Positions 1 through 11,610 of a DNA stretch of 55,836 nt are shown piece after piece; position 1 is the first letter of the stretch; every line of letters starts with the position of its first letter. The notes beneath the pieces were generated by a model. The model was given only the letters and a program-made list of their open reading frames with translations, did not search any database and had not been told where the DNA came from. This DNA comes from Chara braunii. Taxonomy: Eukaryota; Plantae; Charophyceae. A program made the translations under genes and the position numbers. The DNA lies in the NCBI GenBank assembly GCA_003427395.1, contig BFEA01000033.1:4785719-4841554 (forward strand). Reading direction: 5' to 3'.

Positions 1-131
1 GCGCACTTTCGTCGGACTTTTCAGCCCCTGCCCCCGGTCCCGTGCGCCCTTTCCATTTGCCCCTGCCTTGCCACCGTTTCGATTTCGACCAAAACCCGTT
101 CCGACCAAAACCCAAAGCTTGGTCCCACCGG

Positions 132-264
132 CAGCTACCGGTCCCTCATTTTTCAGACAAACTGCCAGCCCCCCCCAAAGTGCCATACCTGCACCTTCAG
201 CTACCGGTCCCTCATTTTTCAGACAAACTGCCACCCCCCCCCAAAGTGCCATACCTGCACCTTC
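132..264. repeat. Tandem duplication, 2 x ~66 bp
   Basis: CAGCTACCGGTCCCTCATTTTTCAGACAAACTGCC...GCACCTTC starts at 132 and at 198. Confidence 0.9.
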
Positions 265-410
265 TTGCATTTTTCGAGCCTTCCAACGACCAAACGATCC
301 GTAATGAACGACCGGTATAATGAAGGACGACGAAAACATGTCTCCATGTCTCAAAGGGGGAATAACGCACCCCTGACGGGCTGCGAACAACTTGCTCCGT
401 CTTTGTAATT

Positions 411-482
411 GGGACGCTGGACCCGGTTTCCAGCTGGCGCAGCTCCCCGCCAATAAGATTGGAGCCAACTAAAAAAAAAAAA
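411..482 (+). mobile_element. Non-LTR 3'-tail module (GGGACGCTGG type) with poly(A)
   Basis: GGGACGCTGGACCCGGTTTCCAGC...GCTCCCC...GGAGCC followed by an A-run at 471-482. The same module occurs at 7927-7978, 21729, 31608-31661, 36477, 45773 and 54848-54899. Confidence 0.65.
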
Positions 483-642
483 GAGAAAGAAAAAGGAAAA
501 TGGGCCACGGTACGGATGCCGTGCTGGAGAGGCACGTCAACCCTTCCAGACACAAAATAGCAAAAGAAAAGAAAAAAGAACTGAGGCCCATGGGGCTGCG
601 TTTGACCAACAGATTCGGAAGAAATGGCCGAAGACGAAAAAT

Positions 643-746
643 CCGGGGCTAGGTCCCACTTGCACGAAATAAGAGATACCGACCGTAGATAGCAAAGATC
701 AACGGATGAAGTCTCCTAATTTGCGCAAGTGGGACCTTGCTCCCGG
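643..746. repeat. Imperfect palindrome (MITE-like)
   Basis: AGGTCCCACTTGC...GCAAGTGGGACCT arms, extending on both sides. Confidence 0.6.
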
Positions 747-2623
747 GTAGAGTGGGACCTCACCTGTGCACTGGTCCGCCTGCGCTCGTCCGGAATTTGT
801 CACATATTGTCGTCGCCCGTCAGACCAGGATGGTCAACTTGCGGCCGCTCAAATCGCCAGACAGCGTACAGTGTACCCGTGATCCTGCTACGGCTGAGCG
901 GCGCTACGGAGCCCCCACTATCCGCCAGTCCGCTACCGGGGGCTGGCTGAGGTTACTTGTGAGCAGCCCTGTGCCCAGCATGGGTTTCCAGGAAAATGGG
1001 CTCGCAAACGAGGACGTGGCGGGGATTGGTTAGCAGGATTGATTCTGTGATTCAGAAATCACAGAAGCCTGCTCGACGAGGGGAGAGCAAGGTCAGCGGG
1101 CTTTCAAATTGGATTCTCCTTGAGCGCCAAATCATTCGTGTGTACTGCGCATCGTCAGGGGAGAGCAAGGTCAGCGGGCTTTCAAATGACATTCGAATCG
1201 AATAGAGCGTTGGCAATGGGCGGGAAAGGTTTGATTAGACCGTGGCGCGCGCGTCTTGTGAACCGTTGCATGGACTTTTTTCGACGAGATCTCCTGCAAC
1301 CGCTGCATGGGAACGTTCTTGATTTGACGAGTTCTAGGAGTGGCGGATGCTGTCGAGAGCTCATGGATGACTGCGTGGCGCGGCGCGGCGCGGCGCGGCG
1401 CCGTGAAGAGTGATAGAAGGACTGTTGCCATGGGAGCTCAACGCGCGATGCTCATGACTCGTTGATTGAGCAGTGCGAACGGTGAGGACCACATCGCGGG
1501 GGCAAGATCCCATGTTAGGGCTTTAATCTAGGATGCCGTGGAACGTTTCAATTCTACGACACAGCTGCGTGACAAATGACATGAAATGGTTCGTTTGTTT
1601 GTTTCCTTTTGATGAAATTTGAAAAAGACATGAAATGTTTGGCAAACGTTTAACACCAACAAATGGTGAGGGATGGTCGCGAATGCGCGGGGAAAGGAAA
1701 GGTTTTCGCGCAATCCTCAAGGGCTGAGGCTTCTAGACGTCTTGTCCGGCTGTGCTGACAGTGAATGCGGGCAGCAGATTTGCGCGATCCGCCTGCCTTG
1801 TGAGCAAATTGTCCTCCCGCCAGTAAGACATATAGCAGCTTGCCTGCCGCGTAAACAACTCGTACTTCCGCCAATCAGACATAGCTTGCCTGCCTTGTGA
1901 CATAGCTTGTCCGGCCTAATTACAGGAGCAAGGTCAGGTCTGGTGAAGATGACGGCGTATAGCTGTTCGGAAAAGAGTGCATGCGTGAGAGAAGATGGCC
2001 GTACGATGGTCGTGCTAAGCAGATGACCGTCGTGCACTGGAGCTATGGCGGGCTCCTTGGACTCGGTTTAACATGAACCGTCTAAAGAGATGCGATGGCG
2101 GCTTCGCTGAAGGGCTTTTCAAAGGCGATGGCTGCAGCATTGCGATCCACGGCACCTGTTTGCGTGGTGGCATCCAGGCGTCATCGTCTCCACGTGGCGC
2201 ACGCAATGCAACTGCGAGCAAGAAGTGGGATGCACATCCGTTCCGCGGGGTCGCTATGGTTCTCAGGTGGAGGACAAACAGCGACCGAACTCCACCATCC
2301 GCTGCGTCGCCATCTCCATCTCCATTTCCATCATCATCATCATCATCATCATCAGTGGCATCATCGAGCAAACAATCCAGCTCAAAGCACTTCTGTTCTT
2401 GGCGGGTTTGGTCTCCAATTGTGTGGTGTAGCTTCCTTGGTTCTGCGATCTGTTTTCGAAACGCTGCTGCGATCGTCGGCTGCGACACGTCATCTTTTTC
2501 GTCCTGGAGCGGTTCCTCTTGAAAATACCTTTATTTGCGCCGGCGGCGACTCCGCTTGTACTGCTATCCCGGCCCCTTCCACCGTCAGCGGTCTCATTTC
2601 CGAAAGGGGCAGTAGAACTAGAC

Positions 2624-5374
2624 ATGGCAGACAATTTGGCTCGCAATCGGGAGGGTCGGTCTTCATGGACGGCTGGAAAAGTCTCTCGCAAGCCAAAGCT
2701 CGCAACGACGACGGCTTCTGTAGGCACGTTATGGTCATGCAGTCTCCCTGCCGTGCCCACGGAGCCGCCATCTCCGCTGCCGGACCTCGTGAGACGTCCA
2801 CGTGCTCTTGCCCCTTCTCTGTCGCTTCCAGTCCAGGACTTGCGGCGTGGCGCCGCGTCGTCTACAGGGGACGAGAACAGGAGAGCGAGAAAGCGATCCC
2901 GAACCACGCGGGGAGGACTGCAAGAGGAGGGGCGGCAGCCAAGAGGGCTGATCTCGACTGCGTTGGTGGAGAACGGGATGGGCCGCGATCACGAGGGGCG
3001 AGTGCCAGCGAAGCTGCCACGAGTGCGCCCTGCGAAACGCTCGGCGCGAAAGGGAGGAAGGGAGGGGATGAAGGCCGTTCCACGCAGCTTGTCGTGCGGC
3101 AGAAAGGAAATGAGAGCGAGAAGGAAAGCGGTCATCCGCTGCAGCAGCAGCAGCAGCAACAGCAGCAAGAGCAGCAATCTCAGCTCCAGGGGAAGAAGAG
3201 GTCGACGTCAAATGTTGACGTCGTCATCCTGCAGCGAGCGGAGGAGTATGATCAGTCCGAGGGTAGTGATAGGCAAAGCAGGAGCAGCGGGAGGAGGAGA
3301 AGGGGGAGCAGACGAGTCCTCGGCGCGGTTGCGGCTTGGCGCCGGCCGTGGTGGCGACGTCGCATTGAACAGGAAACGAGGGAGCGTGAGCGCGATACCG
3401 GGAACAGCCTGTAGTACTTACGTGACTTCTCCTCAGCACGATGATCATCAGACCTCATCATCGTCCGCGAGGAATCCTCCGGCTGCGCCTCCTCTTGTGA
3501 CTCCTTCGATAGACTGTCGCTCAGCCGTTTCGGAGGATACCCTCTTCCCGTCAACAGTTCGTTGCGCTGCTACTTCTGCTGGGGATCACAGCAGCTTGCG
3601 CTTTTTCCATGAGGGAGTAGACTTGCCGTCTCCATCCGATCTCGCTCTCCCTCTTCCAGCGGGTCATGCAAGCTCTGGCGATGCCGGCTATGGCGATCCT
3701 ATGGTTTTGGAGGCGGGAGAAAGCGCTACCTCTGCACCTTTTTCTAGGCTGCAGGGCGAATCGTGCTCCACTCTACAGTCACTGCTGACGTCGGAGAGCG
3801 CAGGGGAACATGGGGATGCAACCAGTAGTTGCACGGAGGCCGACGCTAAGCGTAGCAGTATTGGGGGGCAGGACGCAAGAAGCGGAGGCGATGCGCCTGG
3901 TCAATGGCGCAAACGGCGGAGGCAAGCGCATCGGAAGCAAAAGCAGAAGAAGCTACGCGTTGACGAAAGCTCTCGCGCTGGAAAACACGATAATAGAGAC
4001 AGCGCGGGGGGCCGCAAGGGTCGATTACCCGGCTGCGGGCGTGTGCACGTCTGTCGACCGCTGGCCGCCGCTGTGGAGGCTTCACTGCCGCTCATTCCGC
4101 GCCGGCGACCTCAGGACACTCCGCGCGCAGTTCTCACGGAAGGCGACTCGAAGTTTCCCTCCCATATTTGTCGCGTAACGTCTTTTCCACGCCTTCATCG
4201 ACACCGTCTTGGTCCCTCCGCTCTCTTTTGGCGTTCTTTGACAGCGCAAGGGCGCGACTTCGACCTCTCGCGGTTGTTTCCTGTTCCTCGCAAATGGATG
4301 GGGCATGTTGACGATTCTACGCTCGTGAGACGTTTCGATAGTGCTGAGCGTTCGTCCAGAACTGACGAATCTTGCAGCGGCATTGTCAGTGCCGATCGAA
4401 ACGAAAATGAGGAGGTGCTGGGAAGTGTACGTGAAGGAAGCCATCCGACGGCACGATCACGACCATCGCAGTCACCTCTGGTGCTGCCAACCTGTCCTGT
4501 GCCTTCGCCGGCATTCTCATCGCTGTCAGCCTGTTCGGATAAAGTGAGCGATAACAGGAACGAGTTGGATAATAGAGATGGGGGTGCAGCGAAAGACCAT
4601 GACGAGCCGCGTGCTTCCCCTCCTCGCTCTGCCCCCCCACCTCCTCCAGAGCATCATCATGTTTGTCATCCACGTGGAGCCGCTCCTGGCCCTGGCGTGC
4701 AACGGCATTACCTGGGGATGTTGCCGAACGTGGCGCCTGATCAGTCAAGTACGCTGGCAGGACCGGAATCGATGTCGTCGGAGGGCCAGTCTAGCAACTT
4801 GGGAACAAACGACGGTTCGCTGGCCTCAAGGAGGAAGGGAAAGGAACCTGAAGCAGTGTCTAGGAGAGGGAGAGAAGGCGGTGGTGCTGATGATGGTGGC
4901 GATCCCCGTGAGTTCCACGGAGATCACCGACTGCGGCCCGCAATGATTGGAGGATATGAACCGCGAGAAGAATGCGCAACAGAGGGAGAGAGGGGAGGAG
5001 GAGGAGGAGGAGGAGGAGGAGGAGGAGGAGGAGGAGGAGGAGGAGGTGAACCTCCATCTTCATCCTTATCTAGAGCTATGAACGGTGGAGCAGTTCTCGT
5101 GGAAAAGCTTCCTCTTTTAGAGCGAGAGTCTCCTGGTCGCGATTTCAAGGCAAGGTGTTCCAGAAAATGTTCTCGCAGGGGCTCGCCCACTGGTAAAGGA
5201 GGGAACATCACTCCCGTCATCGCTCGCGCCAAAACGGCTACCGCTCTCACAGTGCGGAGGGTATTCATTGGTAATTTCCGGCCATTGGTGCCGTTGAACA
5301 AGATCAAGCTCAGTTCAGCAGCCGCTCGCATCGCAAAGGAGCCAAACGCAGGGGGAGCCTCGACAATCTCGGAG
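2624..5374 (+). CDS. Exon 1 of AAC4-like domain protein (long low-complexity N-terminus, start of conserved domain ...EPNAGGASTISE)
   Basis: Frame is open from 2432 to 5374; first in-frame ATG is at 2624. Ends at GAG|GTACGT donor (phase 0). The end of the exon joins in frame to four downstream exons. The true start is uncertain. Confidence 0.75.
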
Positions 5375-5652
5375 GTACGTTGACCTTCCGCTCTCACTTT
5401 TCCTTAGAAAAAGAGGTAATAAAAAGTCGAATCTCAACAGATTGTTACGACAAGGCCATTCTCGGTTTTCATCCTTATGTCTCACTTGCATTCGACCAGT
5501 GGTAGTGGGAAAAGATGGGAAAGAACAACAATGTTCCTTTTTTTTCTCCCCTTCTTTCCCTTTAAAAAAACCCATAAAGGCTCCAATCTATTCGCGGGGA
5601 GCAGGACAAGGTGAGAAATTGGCCATGTGTAATACGTAAGTTTGTGTATGTG

Positions 5653-5766
5653 CACTTGCGAGCAGCCGTCCTTTGAAGATGATGACAAGGCTACTCTGAA
5701 GATTGAAGAGCTGCGTTTGCAACAGGCTGACGTGGCGCTGGTACCGCTGATAAAAAAAAAGTAAAA
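5653..5766 (+). pseudogene. Retrocopy of a probable box C/D snoRNA
   Basis: 15-bp direct repeat AAGTTTGTGTATGTG at 5638-5652 and 5767-5781; A-rich tail at 5752-5766. C box ATGATGA at 5679; CTGA boxes at 5696, 5727 and 5747. Confidence 0.55.
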
Positions 5767-5937
5767 AAGTTTGTGTATGTGTTTGCAACTTTGCACACCT
5801 ACGTTTATGCGTTCATATGTAGTTGACAGTCTGTGTACGAAGCGTTCGTGGCTGGTCCTCCTCTCTCCCTACCACAACTCCTCCTGGGCGTGATATTCTG
5901 CGTTACATGGTCTTTTTGCGAAAAAAAGGATATACAA

Positions 5938-6040
5938 GTCCTTCGGGACATCCGTTAAAATTGGAACGATACAGAGAAGAAAAGATTAGCATGGCCCCTG
6001 CGCAAGGATGACACGCATAAATCGAGAAATGGTCCAATTT
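5938..6040 (+). ncRNA. U6: U6 snRNA, full length with a 5-nt insertion; probably a retropseudogene
   Basis: GTCCTTCGGGACATCCGTTAAAATTGGAACGATACAGAGAAG[AAAAG]ATTAGCATGGCCCCTGCGCAAGGATGACACGCATAAATCGAGAAATGGTCCAATTT, then oligo-T. Confidence 0.9.
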
Positions 6041-6148
6041 TTTTTTTTTTTTAAGAAAAAAAAGGCTATATAACCTGCCTACAGTTTCGATTACCCACTG
6101 TCCTGGCGGAAGGAAGTTGTCGTCCTAGGTGCTTTTGTTTTCCTTTGA

Positions 6149-6283
6149 CATTCTTTGAGGGTAGAACCTTGAACATGAATTTAGCAGGAGTGTTTGAATG
6201 CTCAACCCATTTTCCTTTGAACATTCTTTGAGGGTAGAACCTTGAACATGAATTTAGCAGGAGGGTTTGAATGCTCAACCCAT
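6149..6283. repeat. Tandem duplication of a ~65 bp unit
   Basis: ACATTCTTTGAGGGTAGAACCTTGAACATGAATTTAGCAGGAG...CAACCCATT occurs twice. Confidence 0.85.
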
Positions 6284-7821
6284 TAACCGAGAGGGTGTTA
6301 GGATGAGACTCTGGGTACAAAAGCAATTTCGCCCTGTAATACGTTGCTCTATTCTTAGCTTTGTGGAAAAAGACGAGTCTTGGCACGATTGCAGTTTGAG
6401 GACTCTGCACTTCTCTGAGAAAAATGCTGTGTTTTTGAGCTGATTGCTGAGAATTCCTAGTCTGAGTCTGTTTGCTGCGTTTTGTGCATATGTGTATGAC
6501 ATGCCGATGATGTATGTATGCCGTTTGCTTGCCTGCTGCTGAAGTTCTGGGTCCGAGTCCGATTCCCCGCCCTATTTCCGTTGGCGATGCTGTGTGTCTG
6601 TGCCTTGGACAGTGATACAGGGCAGAGCAGAAAGCTAGGTTCCAGTAGGAACATACTGAGGTTAGCGGGACGGCAAGGGGCATATAAAGGATTTGTTAGG
6701 GATTCGGTGGGTATATTCCAATAAGTCTGGTAGGCCTAGAAGGGTCCGGTAGCTGTCTGGCAGGTCATGATAGGCAGGCCCGAATGTAGATAGCATGGAG
6801 AGGTATAGTCATGCCAGGCATGTAGATATTAGTCTGCAGTGATGTTCCCGCGAAAAGCAAGGCATATCCGGTAGTGCACCCAAGGGAGGCCAGTAGAGCA
6901 AGAATTGCCTGGTGAAGATGTACTGGAGGCTGGGCAACAACGCTTCAATGAGTAACCCGCTGATTCACCCGGCAGTCCTGATGCCACTTTGTGGAGATGG
7001 AGACTGAGGCGCAGCACTTGGAGGGTGAAGGAGGAGGTGAGGGTGAGGAAGGCGTCCTCTACGGCTATGGAGTAGTAGTGGCAGGTAGGAGAAGGCCTTA
7101 GCTATGGTGGTAGAGGGAGGAACTCTTCCATTCGAGTTGTGGAGGTGAGTAGAGGTTGAAGGAGGCGGAACGAGAAAGGAACCGACAAGGACACTAACCT
7201 TTGGTGGCTATGGTGAACCTTCTTCATCTTCCTGATTGGCGCCTCATTGGGATACCGATCGGACATGAACTCAATTCCGGAGGTTGGCTATGGCTGTAGC
7301 GGATTGGAGCCCTTTTGAACATCTGTGCTATGGCATGGATGAGCTGTCGTGGCTACTAGCCATAGCCATAGCAAGTGGAGAGTAGACGGAGAGGAAGCTA
7401 AAGGTGGCAGTAAGGGGATCATTCTGCATCTTGTTTATTCAGTCTTATTACTGCAATTAATTATTACCACTTTGACTACTTAACTTTGAACTAATGTGAA
7501 CCGATTTAGGCAAACGAATTTCCACTTGGTCAGTTATGGAAGCATATTCATCATTTCGGCTCATTATGCTAACCGATTTCTTTTTTTTTTATTTCAGCAT
7601 TGGCTAGAGGTAAGGAGAAACGATGAGCATTTCAACATACGGATTTAACAATTTAGATGCACTATGAAATTAGAGAGAATGATTTTACAAATTCGTACTG
7701 CCAAGACCAATTTTGTCCAATAATCAACCGATTTCAGAGTCTACACAGACCATTCCGTCGGGCAAAAATACCAAAGTAGTCAAGCAGTTCGATTAGCTTT
7801 GCCGAAGTTTCGTGAGACCTC

Positions 7822-9171
7822 TTTTTTTTTTTCTTTTTTTTTTTTCTTCTTCTTCTTCAGGAAAAGCAGCGACTAGTACTAGAGGGAGTGATAAGAGCAG
7901 CTGCCTCTACTAGCTGTCCCTGACTACTCCATCTAATGGTGGGGAGCTGCACCTGCTGGAAACCGGGTCCAGCGTCCCTGTATAACAAGATCATCCACAA
8001 GAATAGTTCGAGAACAGTCCGCCAGCATTGATTACCCCAGGATACCCAGGGGGATTGACTGAGCGGATAGGAAGGTTGTGGAGACAGAAGTGCCTCTTCA
8101 CCCTTTGAGCAAGGCGCCTGGTGTGTCTAGCATCTTCCATTGCCATGAGTGTATGGATAGTATCCTTTGTGTAAAATGAGTAGAGCTTAAGATCCTTTTG
8201 CTGGTAGCTGCTGTCCATTTCTTCAGTTACTTCTTGGCCAAGCTCTGATCTTCATAATCTCCTGCCAATGTCCGCTTGGTTCCGGTGTTGAAGCTGTTCC
8301 TCCCTGGGAGGCACCGGGGGTGGATGCATGGGTCTTGTCTGTAGCAGCAGCTGTGCTCACTTCTGAATTTCCGCCAATGAGAGGGGGTGAGGTGGGAAGG
8401 GATCAGGGAAATCAGATGGGGGTCTCATTGGGAAGGAGGGTTGAACAGTAGTCTAGTCTTTGAATACTAAATGGTAGTCCCTGGGTGGGTCCTGTTTTAT
8501 CAAGTCTGCCGGGTCCTACATTCTACCTGAGCTATCCATCCCTCCCGCTGATCCCCTAGCCAGTCTAAGCAGAATGCTGTAATTGTCTGCTTGATATCCT
8601 GCTTAGTCTGAAGGATGTCAAGTCGTGATTTAAGAGCTTGCCATTTACGCATCAGTTCCAGCTGGACAAGCTCCTTCACTTGCCCCGTTAACTCAGACCC
8701 CTGTATCATCATCCCTTCCATCACCAGGAGGCAGCGCCGCCACCAAAGGGCCCAAAGGATTGACCTTCTTCCTAGACTGTACAGGTTGCTTGTGAAATTG
8801 GTGGAGGCCGCCATTGATGGGCAATGTCCTGTTAATATGGACTGCCAGGACCATATGCAGTCCCACCATTGCCATGTGAACAGTGCCACCGGACATTGCA
8901 TGAAGATGTGTTTGATGGTCTCTTCCCGCTTTCGTGAGGGAAAGGCGCTTGTGCACCTTTGGCACCATGAGAGTGCCTTCCCTTTTTGCTCCAGGTGGGT
9001 GTGGTCGATTAACCAGGCATTTGTCGGTAGGCAGCGATGTACAATCTGCCATTGTAGAGACGTGACCTTGGCCAGTTTGACTTTGCCCTCTTGGAACCAT
9101 TTGATCGGCGTGAGGAGGGCATGGTTGACGTTAAGGTGTCTGGCCCACCTGTCAATCCATCCGTGGCACAT
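7822..9171 (-). mobile_element. L1-like LINE 3' fragment: ORF2 C-terminal zinc finger (zf-RVT type), 3' UTR with structured tail, poly(A)
   Basis: ORF 8500-9171 reads WQIVHRCLPTN...WCQRC...EETIKHIFMQCP. Tail motifs lie at 8018-8067 and 7927-7978; T-run at 7822-7845. Confidence 0.8.
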
Positions 9172-9530
9172 CTCGGGAGTGATCCAAAGTTTCGTGAGAC
9201 TTCTCTAATCCATCCATGGCACATCTCGGCAGTGATCCTCCGCAGTGATCCTCGGCAGTGATCCTCGGCAGTAATCCTCAAAAGTCCCCGGCTGATTGCA
9301 TCAATCAGATTCCCCTTCCCCCCAAGTTCCTCACGAGAAACAGGATTCTGCGGTTGTACCTGCCGCAGACGTGCAGAAGTGTGCACACGTGCAGGACAGG
9401 TGAGGTACGCACAAGGCGAGGCAGGAGGCACGTGAACACCTTGATGCAGTAGGCAGGTGATGCAGGAGGCACGTGATGCAGGAGGCATGATTTCCAGTGG
9501 GCCCCACCATTTTATCCATTCGTCGGGCTA

Positions 9531-10213
9531 NNNNNNNNNNNNNNNNNNNNNNNNNNNNNNNNNNNNNNNNNNNNNNNNNNNNNNNNNNNNNNNNNNNNNN
9601 NNNNNNNNNNNNNNNNNNNNNNNNNNNNNNNNNNNNNNNNNNNNNNNNNNNNNNNNNNNNNNNNNNNNNNNNNNNNNNNNNNNNNNNNNNNNNNNNNNNN
9701 NNNNNNNNNNNNNNNNNNNNNNNNNNNNNNNNNNNNNNNNNNNNNNNNNNNNNNNNNNNNNNNNNNNNNNNNNNNNNNNNNNNNNNNNNNNNNNNNNNNN
9801 NNNNNNNNNNNNNNNNNNNNNNNNNNNNNNNNNNNNNNNNNNNNNNNNNNNNNNNNNNNNNNNNNNNNNNNNNNNNNNNNNNNNNNNNNNNNNNNNNNNN
9901 NNNNNNNNNNNNNNNNNNNNNNNNNNNNNNNNNNNNNNNNNNNNNNNNNNNNNNNNNNNNNNNNNNNNNNNNNNNNNNNNNNNNNNNNNNNNNNNNNNNN
10001 NNNNNNNNNNNNNNNNNNNNNNNNNNNNNNNNNNNNNNNNNNNNNNNNNNNNNNNNNNNNNNNNNNNNNNNNNNNNNNNNNNNNNNNNNNNNNNNNNNNN
10101 NNNNNNNNNNNNNNNNNNNNNNNNNNNNNNNNNNNNNNNNNNNNNNNNNNNNNNNNNNNNNNNNNNNNNNNNNNNNNNNNNNNNNNNNNNNNNNNNNNNN
10201 NNNNNNNNNNNNN
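9531..10213. other. Assembly gap (N)
   Basis: Run of N. Confidence 1.
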
Positions 10214-10566
10214 TCTAATTCACCATACGTCAGATTCTATTCTACCAGACCAAGAAGATTCTACACTATTCTAAATGGCAGCGACTACAAGCCAGACCCT
10301 CACGTACCGCACAAAGAAGCTTTGATCATATTCTAAATCGGTATGTAGTATTCCTAACATAGGCGCTATGTTCCAAAACGGGAAAAAAAAAACAACTGAA
10401 TTTTTCCCCGGCGGGAACTGCCTATGTCGGTTCGTAGGGGATGAAACTGCAGCAATTTCATACGAACTTACCTGGTCAAAGGGGTAATAAAGAGGTGAAG
10501 GCGATGGTGTGGGGTAGATGATGGTGGCTAGAGAAGGAGGAACTTGACATGCATTCCAGCTTCTCT

Positions 10567-10636
10567 GCTTCTTCTTCTTCTTCTTCTTCTTCTTCTTCTT
10601 CTTCTTCTTCTTCTTCTTCTTCTTCTTCTTCTTCTT
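10567..10636. repeat. (CTT)n microsatellite
   Basis: Directly visible. Confidence 0.95.
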
Positions 10637-10811
10637 TCCTTCGTTCTCCTTCTTGAGCTGCGATGTATGGCATTGTCTCAAATTTCAGTTTGGCTTCATG
10701 AAATGGACAGTATCATATCGATGGTTGCGTATGAAGAGTGCGGATGTCTCGTCTTCTCAGGGCCAGCAACTGCATCGAAGGATCTGGTAGATGGCTGTCG
10801 GATGGAACCTA

Positions 10812-10916
10812 CAGTCCTCACCCGAACACAACGCCCGGTCATTGTAGCTGTATTGGGGCCACTTTTCAGTCCAGATGCAGTTATAATGACTGGGCGTTGT
10901 ATTCCGGTGAAGGCGG
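10812..10916. mobile_element. Tc1/mariner-type MITE, copy 1 (~105 bp)
   Basis: ~40-bp TIRs (consensus CCGTCTTCACCCGAATAGAACGCCCGGTCATTATAGCTG) flanked by TA on both sides; three copies in the window. Confidence 0.8.
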
Positions 10917-11241
10917 TAGCGATCCACACACCTACTGCAATCGTAATAGACAGCTAAATGTTGTTGCCGTGGTAAGTTGCCGCAGTAACATATTGCCCTG
11001 CTTCTTGAACCCCAGGCCTTCAGAACCTTTCTCATCATCCTGCCAAGCTTGTGCCAAGACCAGCTAGTCACAGGTGGTGTTCGCACGACCACCTACCGGC
11101 TTGCCCCACAGCACATCATCCTGAAAGTTCCTATCTTCTTCTTCTTTTTTCTCTTTTTTTTTTTTTTTTTTTTGGAAAAAATGGAAGCTGTCTTCTCCTC
11201 ACTATGGGGGAACAGCTGCATCTACTACCCTATATTCTTCT

Positions 11242-11610
11242 CTCAGTTTTTTTTTTTTTAATCTAACACTACCTACCCCGGGCTTAGGATCAAAGTCTAC
11301 GAGTAAGGAGCTAAGAGTGTTTGTGGAGACTACACTTCACTGGCCAAGGCTAAGCTATCCTGAGGTTATAGGTCTACATCTACCTATCTCTGCTCTGTGC
11401 GGGGAGCAGTACCCAGGCTCCTGACACCTGGCACGGGCCGGAAAGAACCACTTACTTCCACAACAAGCCAGGAGGCCCAAGCCAACAATCTCCGCTGGTG
11501 AACCCGAAGCGTACCCCCAGGAGACTGCGGGGATCGAAAGGACGGAGTTTGGTATCGAACCCCCGACCTCCTGAGTGCCACTTATGTGCTCAACCAACTG
11601 AGCTAGCGCA
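11242..11610 (-). mobile_element. tRNA-derived SINE (~370 bp)
   Basis: Minus-strand head has A box TAGCTCAGTTGG and B box GGTTCGATACC. Poly(A) at 11247-11259; direct repeat ATATTCTTCT at 11232-11241 and 11611-11620. Confidence 0.8.

Noticed and set aside
2095-3414. 439-aa overlapping ORF, and other antisense ORFs in exon 1, as separate genes
   Set aside because: Expected in GC-rich, stop-poor low-complexity coding DNA; no domains.
5666-5740. Possible exon (PSFEDDDKATLKIEELRLQQADVAL) with AG/GT ends
   Set aside because: It lies inside a TSD-flanked polyadenylated insert and would split the contiguous SE-ALS motif.
6600-7450. Possible solo-LTR fragment
   Set aside because: Only compositional resemblance; no defined ends, PBS or second copy in the window.
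9457-10336. Long ORFs spanning N-gaps or microsatellites (also 26058-27150, 22229-22761, 46050-46360)
   Set aside because: Artefacts of N runs and simple repeats.
10467-10476. ACTTACCTGG, like the U1 snRNA 5' end (also near 15617)
   Set aside because: No further U1 similarity. It could equally be an antisense splice-donor-like 10-mer, and no minus-strand gene is supported.
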